Shown in pieces: positions 1-8,078 of a DNA stretch of 27,932 nucleotides. Position numbers and translations under genes: made by a program. Origin of the DNA: a virus (lineage: Duplodnaviria; Caudoviricetes). Position 1 is the first letter of the stretch. The number at the start of each line of letters is the position of its first letter. The stretch is from the IMG/VR virus record IMGVR_UViG_3300005286_000052, positions 1 through 27,932 of that record; one strand, given 5' to 3'. Below the pieces are notes generated by a model. The model made no database searches, had not been told where the DNA came from, and saw only the letters and a program-made list of their open reading frames with translations.

Positions 1-33
1 GAAAGTTGCGTCCCAATTAATGACTTGATTCAT
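1..33 (-). CDS. 5' end of a hypothetical protein running off the window (MNQVINWDATF...)
   Basis: ATG at 33-31 preceded by strong RBS AAAGGGAGTG (50-41); frame open to the window edge. Confidence 0.65.
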   Translation of the reverse strand, partial: MNQVINWDATF

Positions 34-77
34 TGTTATGCACTCCCTTTTATAATTTATTTATAGTTTATTCCTGC

Positions 78-355
78 TTTTTATATCTCTCTTATAAAAT
101 TGCGAAGTTCATAATATATTATTACGCTTTAATGTTTCAAAAGTTCTACCCTTTATTGTGGAAACTTCTACCAAGCCGCCATAATCTAATGAGTTAATGC
201 TTATTGCATATTCGTCATCGAGTCTCTTAGAGTTCTGAATAAAAACAAACTCTTTTGATGGCTCAAACATAATACCATTGAGCATATACGGTTTTTTGAA
301 TTTCAATTTTTGTCGTGGTTTCATATCTTTGCTCCTCTCAAGAGAGATATAAAAA
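78..355. repeat. Perfect 16-bp inverted repeat flanking the 71-aa gene
   Basis: TTTTTATATCTCTCTT (78-93) and its exact reverse complement AAGAGAGATATAAAAA (340-355). Confidence 0.85.
109..324 (-). CDS. Small hypothetical phage protein (71 aa)
   Basis: ATG with GAGGAG RBS upstream; normal protein composition. Confidence 0.75.
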   Translation of the reverse strand: MKPRQKLKFKKPYMLNGIMFEPSKEFVFIQNSKRLDDEYAISINSLDYGGLVEVSTIKGRTFETLKRNNIL

Positions 356-950
356 ACGGAACAAACGCTATTAGCGTTGGTCTACAGGCTAACAAGTAAT
401 TGGCACGCTTAATGCATGCTTTGCTTTACTTGTCGCCCAACACAACCCATAGCGCAAAATTGCGTCTTATTGCTGATTGTGTTTATAGTCGTTGATAACG
501 GTTAGACTAATATCACCGTTTAGCGTTGTTTATGAGTCGTTCGCTAAAATGTGCGACTGTTGGGAATGATTCGCCAACTACCATGGATTATAAATGATGC
601 AGGGTAAAACGGTAAAGCCAGTTAGAACGTTTTAATGCTGTTAATGCTTGCTATAAGTAGGTTATAGCTCCTATAAACAGATTAAGATGTACACTCATGT
701 ACAAATGTTGGGAACAATTCACCAACTACTATAGACAATAAAAAACAATAAAAGCTTGGTTGTCACGATTAAGCATTTTACAATGTTTGTGCTAGTATGA
801 TTAGTGTTGTGCTTGTGTAATCGTTAGAGACTAGTGACAAGCTGCTAACAGGGACTAGACAATGATTGTGCTAGGTTGTGACTGTGCCAATAGTTAAAGC
901 TATAGCTTTAATGTTGTGTAGTGCTTTGTTGTATTTGCTATCCTTTAACT
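350..950 (-). ncRNA. Candidate large structured non-coding RNA (~600 nt) or structured leader
   Basis: No ORF >=60 aa; sigmaA promoter immediately upstream; terminator-like end; long-range helices (891-884/406-399, 880-870/453-441, 751-719/498-467 with G-U pairs on the minus strand); 5' hairpin 950-943/899-892. Confidence 0.65.
351..382 (-). terminator. Putative intrinsic terminator ending the candidate ncRNA
   Basis: Minus strand GACCAACGCT-AAT-AGCGTTTGTTCCG followed by TTTTTT; stem short and imperfect. Confidence 0.45.
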
Positions 951-956
951 ATCTTT

Positions 957-985
957 AGTATACTGCTGGCAGATAAAAAATGCAA
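957..985 (-). promoter_or_regulatory. sigmaA-type promoter, TSS near 950
   Basis: TTGCAT (985-980), 17-bp spacer, TATACT (962-957), with an A/T-rich UP-like tract upstream. Confidence 0.8.
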
Positions 986-1019
986 GCACCTTTTTATAAT
1001 TTATTTTTTATAAATATTT

Positions 1020-2780
1020 CAGAGAGTATGAGATTACATGATCAATGATTGATTATAGCTGATCACTAATTGATTACATGATAGTAATATAGGGATAGAA
1101 AGGCCTGTATAAGGTTTAATAAGATAGATAGTATAAAAGGACAGATAATATATTGATAGCGTTAGAAGACGTTACAAAGGCTTATAAGTTGTCATAGTTT
1201 TATGATGCCCATAGACAGATTCATATGCCCATAGTAATTATAAATAAGCGATATAATATAGACAGTAAAAATAAAATGGATGAGAATGGCTTCAGAGGGC
1301 TTATAGATGGTAACAGTATATAGTATGTAATAATATGATATGCATGTATGATCTAATGAGATAATATAATATAAGATAGTTTTATACAACTTATAAGACA
1401 TACTTATATATTAACATAGCTGGAGTGAGCAAAAGAGCATACAATATAGTGAGTAACAATATGCATATATGGTTTATATAAGTAATATTTATAATAGGTA
1501 TAAGAAACGCTTATAATAGTTGATAGATGGAATAATAGTTAGATGGAAATTGTATAACAAGTGTATAGGTAATATATGATTATGTATAAGTATTGTATAT
1601 ATAAGTAATCCTTATACATTGTATAAGTAAAATTTATAAATATTATTACGTCAAACTTTTTCCATTGTTAACAATAATTACCATGTATTTTAGTGCAAGG
1701 CTTTTTTGACCACTACACCAACTTTTTTGACCACTGCTCCAAGCAGTTTTTCACAATGACACCAAGTTGCAAACACGTTTCCCCTGTAGCACTACTTCTA
1801 TTTCCTTACTAGTTCATGCAAGCCTCGCTCTACCTGTATTCCGTCTATCTATTTACAATAACCATCTATTTTATAATAGATGGTATTGCTTTTAGGGTTG
1901 ACAATTCTTTTCTATTGTGCTTTATATCCCACAGGCAGGGGGATATGTTTGCATATTTTATTCGTTGCCTATTTTCCCCACACCCCCTTAGCACATCAAT
2001 CTCGGTAACGAGTTGAAATTTTATCTTCTCTTATTCCAATCATTTCCACGTTTCCTTCAATTTTTACTACATCAGTTCAAATCAAAAATCTCACATTATT
2101 CCATATCCAACTATCTTATAATCTCTAAAAACCCCTCTCAATTCACCTTATTTTTACTCACATTTCACCACTTTTCCCCTATAAATTTATGTACAATAGT
2201 GCAAATCATTTTTTTATATCCCATATTATCGACATTATCTCAAACTTTCTTACCTTCCTATTTACCACTTTTTCCCATAATCATGCTATTTTTTGTCCTT
2301 TTTTCTCCTATTCGATTCAATTATCTCGCAATCATTACATTACACACCTTGCAAAACACACTAATTTTCACTCAAACAAATATCCTAGTTTATATCCCGT
2401 ATAATCGAATATATCTCCACATTCTCAATCCTCAATTTTTAGTCATATAATCGCTTCCACTTAGTATTAATTTATATTCCTAATCTTCGTTAATAACTCA
2501 AAGTTCTTACCACAAAACTTTATAAATCCTAATCAGCAACACAATTAGCAAATATATGCTCTGCCATCTTACTGAGACACAAAAATAGCCACTTATTATC
2601 CAGTCCAAGATAGTTAAGCAGCTATTTAATACAATTTTACTATTTCTTTCTTAAATCCAAAACTCTACAGTTCCAAACACTGCTGCATGCTGACAGGGGG
2701 ATAGTTTACACTTTTATTCTTTTCTTGTAACCAAAACTCGCTTCCCACCTATCATATATGAAATTTTATTTTGATCTCTT
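1020..2780. other. Long non-coding strand-asymmetric region (candidate genome terminus/packaging or replication-control region)
   Basis: C-poor on + up to ~1640, then G-poor and C/T-rich to ~2780; only low-complexity spurious ORFs; several repeat families. Confidence 0.5.
1701..1735 (+). repeat. 14-bp direct repeat with 21-bp period
   Basis: CTTTTTTGACCACT at 1701-1714 and 1722-1735. Confidence 0.85.
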
Positions 2781-2784
2781 CTCA

Positions 2785-3543
2785 CTATCTATCGTTTCCA
2801 GTTTTGTCAGATTTACTTTTACCATTCCACAAACTGATGTTCTTCTCTATGTTTTCCTTATGCAGTTTCTTAAAAGATTCTTTCTCACTCAAATTTTGCA
2901 ATATATAATGCTCAAATTTAATTCCATCTTCCCCACGTTGTTTATGATCACGATAGTACGTAGACAAAAAATAGCTTCGATTCAATTCGCGTATCATTCG
3001 ACTAATAGTATTTTTTCCTACTCTCATAGTTTTTGCGAGTTTTTCAATGGATACCCAACACTTGCCTTCAGCTTTATTGGAATACTTTTTAAGTATAAAA
3101 GACAATACAATCTCTTTAATGGTGAATCCGCAATCTAAATACTCTTGAACCAATTCAAGATTAATTGGAACATAATAATCATCTTCAGAGACTGGATTTT
3201 CAACTCCATGAGCATCTTTTGTGACTTGAGGGAGATTTAACAATTGAATGTACATGATTCCAGAATCAACATATCGATCCCATCTAGCTACATCAGATTT
3301 AATTAATTTATATCTCTCCAAAATTTTAAACAGTTCATAAGTTTTACTCATAGTGTAGCCAACTGATTTTTTCAAAGAAGACATAGACGTAACAATCAAT
3401 GCTTCTTCATTTGACTGTGAAGCCATGTAGTATCTATACAAAGTCAAATAAAGAAAAAATGCTTCATATCCTGTCTTGAATACTACTCCATCCTCATCAA
3501 ACCAATTTGACTTAAGCTTAATGTTTTTTATTTTAAATTTCAT
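2785..3543 (-). CDS. Putative replication initiator (Rep-like), tandem winged-HTH protein, 252 aa
   Basis: Start reassigned to ATG at 3543 (RBS AGGAGA). Two HTH-like segments: 'FFLYLTLY...TSMSSLKKSVGYTMSKTYELFKILE' and 'CWVSIEKLAKTMRVGKNTISRMIREL'. Adjacent to iteron array and AT-rich tract. Function is inferred. Confidence 0.6.
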   Translation of the reverse strand: MKFKIKNIKLKSNWFDEDGVVFKTGYEAFFLYLTLYRYYMASQSNEEALIVTSMSSLKKSVGYTMSKTYELFKILERYKLIKSDVARWDRYVDSGIMYIQLLNLPQVTKDAHGVENPVSEDDYYVPINLELVQEYLDCGFTIKEIVLSFILKKYSNKAEGKCWVSIEKLAKTMRVGKNTISRMIRELNRSYFLSTYYRDHKQRGEDGIKFEHYILQNLSEKESFKKLHKENIEKNISLWNGKSKSDKTGNDR

Positions 3544-3709
3544 GCTTGATTCTCCTAAAATTTGAATTAAACAAAAGAGACAAAATATTATAACGTAACA
3601 TTTAACATTTACCCTAAGACTAAACACTAATTCTAAATATTTAATGTCTTATTTTTTAAATTTTAATTTTTAAACAAATTTTTAAGTTTTAAATTTTAAA
3701 CAAACAACT

Positions 3710-3791
3710 GTGCGAAAGCACTCTCTTTTTTGGAACAACCTAGTGTAGCGATAGCGAAACGGAAAGTGAAGCGTAGCGTAACGAAGGTTGT
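3710..3791 (+). other. sso/pas-like hairpin element
   Basis: GTGC-GAAA-GCAC hairpin (3710-3721); ACAACCT/AGGTTGT stem (3735-3741/3785-3791) enclosing TAGCGA, TAGCGA, TAGCGT (CS-6-like hexamers); GC-rich island in AT-rich DNA. Confidence 0.5.
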
Positions 3792-3838
3792 GTATAGAGA
3801 TATTACTTAATTGATTCAATTATTATAATATTAATTCC

Positions 3839-4195
3839 GTACCTGTTTTTGAGTGTTTTGTCATACTTTTTTTGTGATTTTTATAAAAAATGAGCATTTT
3901 GTCAAAGTCTATTTTTAGCCTAAAATCTGAAATCCCTTGATACACAAGGCTTTTCAGCGTTTTTTATGTTGTACCTTGTACATACCTAAAAACGGTCATT
4001 TTGTCAAACTTTTTTTCTTTATATGTACCTGTTTTCGTCATTTTGTCACGCTTTTTTCGTCCAAAATAAGCGTTTTTGGGCATTTTGTCAAAGTGTCGCT
4101 GAAATCCCTTGTCCCACAAGGGATCTCGGAAACCATTTTGTCAAACTTTTTTATTTTGCGGTAATCATTAAGATGATTTTCTAGTCGTTTTGTCA
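3839..4195 (+). repeat. Iteron-like direct-repeat array (putative origin)
   Basis: Seven TTTTGTCA cores starting at 3856, 3897, 3999, 4041, 4083, 4136 and 4188, mostly CATTTTGTCAAA(G/C)T; two CTGAAATCCCTTG..ACAAGG palindromes. Confidence 0.8.
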
Positions 4196-4322
4196 TAATG
4201 TACTGATGAAATAGTTTGTAAGTTGCAGGGTGAATTCCTTTACAAATGAATCTTTCACCTCTGTCGTGAAGAAATTTTTGTAGGTTCAGGTCATAACAAT
4301 AGTAAAATTTAATCTTATCCAT
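4038..4322 (-). CDS. Small hypothetical phage protein (94 aa); C-terminus overlaps the iteron array
   Basis: AAAAGGAG RBS plus ATG; N-terminal 'FYYCYDLNLQKFL...GIHP' resembles small Bacillota phage proteins. Confidence 0.7.
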   Translation of the reverse strand: MDKIKFYYCYDLNLQKFLHDRGERFICKGIHPATYKLFHQYIMTKRLENHLNDYRKIKKFDKMVSEIPCGTRDFSDTLTKCPKTLILDEKSVTK

Positions 4323-4488
4323 CTTAAGCTCCTTTTGCTTTTGTTTATTTTATTAATGTCCCCTCTTATCCTATTGCTTGCTATAAAGCTCTACAAGCCA
4401 TTTTAAGGCGTTGTTCTAGCATCTGATTAGTATAATTTATCTTCTCATATCCCAGAACGCCTTAAATCTAAGCTTAAATCATTCAGAA

Positions 4489-6918
4489 TTATATATTATT
4501 CTTTAACAGTTCTTGAAGAAATGTATTTCGTGTTAAGTTAGCTACTTTTTTGATTGAGCGATTAATGACTTCTGGTTGACAGAGCAGCACACCAAATTTT
4601 CTAAGGCGAGTGATAGCTGTATACAAAAGGTTGGCATTCATTTGATACGTGTGACTCTTGTCTACAATAATCAGTACCACATCACTTCCAGAGCCTTGTG
4701 ATTTGTGAATTGTTAAAGCCCATGTATGCATTAATTGATTCAGTAAATTAGGAGTAAAGTGTACAACACCTTCGTCAAACTCAACATATACACCTTTTTT
4801 AGTCATTTCCATATCTGAGTCTCCGTTCTCAAACATATCGTCTCTATCAATCAGACCAATCTCTGTACCTTCAAACATGTCATCAATCTTACTCTTGTTC
4901 TTTTTAATATGTTCTTTGTTAACTTTTATAATCTTCCCTTTATCGCCGTTCACTAGATCAATAGTTTTACCGTCAATCGTCATTACGTCATAAGTATTTT
5001 TAATATTCATTACATAATCATTTACTCTAAAGACAATGTTTTCGTTATACTCAATTTCGTCTAACTTATCAAATGGTAATTGTGGGTTTACGATTTGTTG
5101 AACATTGTAATTAATAGCCTGAGTTCCCAAATCCCCAGTTTTTCTCGATGAAAGCACCATAACATTGTCGCTGCCATATACATTAATTAAATCTTGATAA
5201 TAGTATTTGTACATTTCAACCATCTGTTCTTGCTCGATACAATTAACAATGAAGTCTTTACCAAATTCATACTCGCCAACACTGTTACGATCTAAGAAAG
5301 ATTCACCTAGTCGAATCTTTGTAGCAACATCAAGTGCGCCACCTTCTTTTTGTCGGAATACGATATCTAACTTGGTGACTGGTATGATTTGGCTTTCAAT
5401 CATGTCGTGTAATAAGTTTCCAGCAGCTACTGATGGAATTTGGAAACTGTCACCAATAAACAGTAGTCGTGCTTTAGGATTCTTAATTTTTTTGAGTAAA
5501 CTGTCGAGAACAAATATATCCAACATACTGGTTTCATCAACTACTATGTAATCTTCATGGATTTCTCCAGAGCTTCCTTCAAAGCTTGGCTGATCATCAT
5601 CACTGTCATAGTTTTTACGTCCATAACCAATAGCTTTATGTACAGTTGAAGCATCTCGATTAACATAATTACTCAAAACCTTAGCAGCAGCCCCTGTTGG
5701 TGCAAGCCATTTTACTGTTAAGTTTAATTCATCACACAAATCACGTAAAAACTTTTGCATTTGGCTTTTTCCTACGCCTGCATAGCCAACCAGCAAATGT
5801 ACACCATAATGTTTAACATTAAAGAAAAAGTGTTTTTGTTGATGCGTCAATTGTATATTATTTTCTCTTTCAATTCCTTCAATAAACTCATCAATATCAA
5901 AATCCAACTCAGTAGCTTTATCACTCAGTTTTTCAGCGAACCATAGTGCAATTTCTTTCTCTGTTTCATATGCTTCTTTAGTAGCCACACGATCGCCATC
6001 ATAGTAAATCACTTTATTTTTCATCAAACTATCAATTTGCTCATATAGTAAATTTTCATCACTAATCTGAAGTAACTCCTTGCACTTGTCAATCAATTCT
6101 TCAATATACATAAATGTATGACCATTATTTTGATTCTCTTTTACTGCGTACTTAATTCCTTCTTTAATACGTTCAGGATTTTTAAAAATCCCATTTATGT
6201 ATAAATCTCTTGCTTGTTCTTTTGAGATTTCGCCAGACTCAATTTTTTCTTTCAAATCTTCTTCCTTCATGTTTTTTGCAATGGTATCAGCTTTAATAAA
6301 ACCAATACCATCAATTTTAGTGAGAGAATAAGGTTGCTCTTTAATTTTTTTAGCCGCGTAATCAGCATTTCCATATAATTCAATCAATTTTACGATCACG
6401 CTAAAAGTGATACCATATTTTGATAACTCACTAATTAACACTTGATAGTCTAGGTTTTTTATAATTTTCTCTTTTACTCGTCTATATGTTTCTTCCCCAA
6501 ACCCATGTACCTTACTGATGTCAATCTCATCGTTTTGAAACATTTTAATTAAATCAACTTCAGTGCCATAGGTATCATAGAGAGCCTTAAATTGTCGCTC
6601 AGTTAACAGCGCCCTAAAGAACTCTCGTTGTTGCAAACCGTTGCTAGGCAGTTCTTGAAAGATACTCACCACATCGTATGAAAACGGTCTGTCAGCCTTT
6701 GTGACAGTGGCTGTGTATTCTTGGTTTAATTCTAATTTTTGAATTTTACCTGCTATTACGAACGTTTGATAATCTGGATTAACCTCTATCTGGTCATTAG
6801 GTTCGCAAGCATAGCATGAATAAACATAAAACTGATCTTCTTTTTCAATTGCACCGTTTCTAGGAAATATTTGAAACGTTGGCTTTAGTTTTAATTTTAT
6901 TTTTTCTTTTTTAGACAA
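4489..6918 (-). CDS. recD2: RecD2/TraA-like SF1B DNA helicase
   Basis: Walker A GYAGVGKS, Walker B VVDETSM, 'LFIGDSFQIPSV', 'FRQ', 'ALTIHKSQGS', 'NLLYTAITR'; N-terminal HhH region 'IDGIGFIKAD'. Confidence 0.92.
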   Translation of the reverse strand: MSKKEKIKLKLKPTFQIFPRNGAIEKEDQFYVYSCYACEPNDQIEVNPDYQTFVIAGKIQKLELNQEYTATVTKADRPFSYDVVSIFQELPSNGLQQREFFRALLTERQFKALYDTYGTEVDLIKMFQNDEIDISKVHGFGEETYRRVKEKIIKNLDYQVLISELSKYGITFSVIVKLIELYGNADYAAKKIKEQPYSLTKIDGIGFIKADTIAKNMKEEDLKEKIESGEISKEQARDLYINGIFKNPERIKEGIKYAVKENQNNGHTFMYIEELIDKCKELLQISDENLLYEQIDSLMKNKVIYYDGDRVATKEAYETEKEIALWFAEKLSDKATELDFDIDEFIEGIERENNIQLTHQQKHFFFNVKHYGVHLLVGYAGVGKSQMQKFLRDLCDELNLTVKWLAPTGAAAKVLSNYVNRDASTVHKAIGYGRKNYDSDDDQPSFEGSSGEIHEDYIVVDETSMLDIFVLDSLLKKIKNPKARLLFIGDSFQIPSVAAGNLLHDMIESQIIPVTKLDIVFRQKEGGALDVATKIRLGESFLDRNSVGEYEFGKDFIVNCIEQEQMVEMYKYYYQDLINVYGSDNVMVLSSRKTGDLGTQAINYNVQQIVNPQLPFDKLDEIEYNENIVFRVNDYVMNIKNTYDVMTIDGKTIDLVNGDKGKIIKVNKEHIKKNKSKIDDMFEGTEIGLIDRDDMFENGDSDMEMTKKGVYVEFDEGVVHFTPNLLNQLMHTWALTIHKSQGSGSDVVLIIVDKSHTYQMNANLLYTAITRLRKFGVLLCQPEVINRSIKKVANLTRNTFLQELLKNNI

Positions 6919-6956
6919 AAAAATAACCTCGCTTTCTTTATTTTGTAAGCAAGGCT

Positions 6957-6985
6957 ATTATATCATACATCTTAATACGTGTAAA
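6957..6985 (-). promoter_or_regulatory. sigmaA promoter for the helicase
   Basis: TTTACA, 17-bp spacer, TATAAT with extended -10 TG. Confidence 0.75.
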
Positions 6986-7020
6986 TTTATATTTTATCTT
7001 TTATAAACGAAGTCACGAGC

Positions 7021-8052
7021 CTATATCTTGTTGTCAATGACAGCGTAAGCCAATTGCTCATATGCAGTCATATTTAATTTCTTCAACCCTTCTAAAATTT
7101 GTTCTTTAGAAATGTTATCAAAGATACTATCATCAACTTGAGTAAACATTCTCATGCCAGCTAAATCTTTATAATTGATTGAATATTTTGCATACGACTC
7201 AATAAACACTTCAGAGCTGTTATGTCCTAGTTGTTCCATACCCATTTGGATGTTTCCACGAGTCTTCATTTCATAAACAGCAGCTATCTTACGAAGTGAG
7301 TGAGTTGTAATACGTCCTTTTATATCAAGTGTTGTAGCAGCATTGGTGATCGCATCATGAATATTATCAGGTGTAAGATTTGGGAATAGGCGATCATTGT
7401 TTTCAATTTTAAACTCTAACAACATTTCATACATCCAAGGGAAGATTGGCATAGATTTAACTTTGCTGAATTTCTCTTTTGTTCTTCTTGTGGTCAAAAT
7501 GTACAGTTCTTGATCTTTGTCATAGTCTACATCTTCATAAACCATTGAACTTAAGGCATTCACACGAAGACTAGTAATTGCAGATATAATAATAAAAGCA
7601 AACAACTCTTTACCATAGATATGGCTTTCCTTAATATGCTCAGCGATTCTCAAGGCATCCTCTTTATCTAGTGGTGTATAACTGTCTGGAGTGTATTTAA
7701 TACTCTTAGCTTCAAATATAAAAGGATTACAATCTAAGCCTTCTCCTTTAAGAAAACCAAACAGTCCTCTGACCGTATAAACCATCCGTCTAATTGTTCC
7801 TTGTGGATTTTTTCTTTCTTTATATAGTTCTTCAAGATAGGATTTATAGTTTGTGACATCGCTTTTTTTAATAGGCTCTCCATCTTTTCTAGTAGTAAGT
7901 TCCTTTGCGCTCATGTCGGTAATGTTTTTCTTGTGCAGAAAAAGATAAAATTGTGTGATATCACGCATATACTCAACCTGTGTCTTAAGTTTATAGTTGT
8001 TCAGGAACGAATTGATATACTCCATAGCGCTATCTGTCTTAGTAATTGTCAT
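7021..8052 (-). CDS. Tyrosine recombinase (Xer/Int family)
   Basis: Catalytic residues present: SLRVNAL (R), HSLRK (H-x-x-R), LGH, downstream Y (ESY); probable start ATG 8052 after GAGGTG RBS. Confidence 0.88.
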   Translation of the reverse strand: MTITKTDSAMEYINSFLNNYKLKTQVEYMRDITQFYLFLHKKNITDMSAKELTTRKDGEPIKKSDVTNYKSYLEELYKERKNPQGTIRRMVYTVRGLFGFLKGEGLDCNPFIFEAKSIKYTPDSYTPLDKEDALRIAEHIKESHIYGKELFAFIIISAITSLRVNALSSMVYEDVDYDKDQELYILTTRRTKEKFSKVKSMPIFPWMYEMLLEFKIENNDRLFPNLTPDNIHDAITNAATTLDIKGRITTHSLRKIAAVYEMKTRGNIQMGMEQLGHNSSEVFIESYAKYSINYKDLAGMRMFTQVDDSIFDNISKEQILEGLKKLNMTAYEQLAYAVIDNKI

Positions 8053-8078
8053 CACAAACACCTCACATTATTTTATGT

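Noticed and set aside
558-729. Palindromic 24-nt repeat as a mini CRISPR array
   Set aside because: Only two imperfect copies with a ~124-nt gap, no cas genes; better explained as RNA structural modules
1192-2450. ORFs 1192-1401, 1816-2016, 2013-2450 and 2189-2404
   Set aside because: No convincing RBS; amino-acid composition simply mirrors the low-complexity skewed DNA
3544-3627. N-terminal extensions in the ORF track (3627; likewise 8061, 13678, 22085, 23602)
   Set aside because: Downstream ATGs have clearly better-placed Shine-Dalgarno sequences
2758-5946. + strand ORFs 2758-3138, 3937-4164, 5207-5551 and 5755-5946
   Set aside because: Antisense shadows of well-supported genes, or translation of the iteron array
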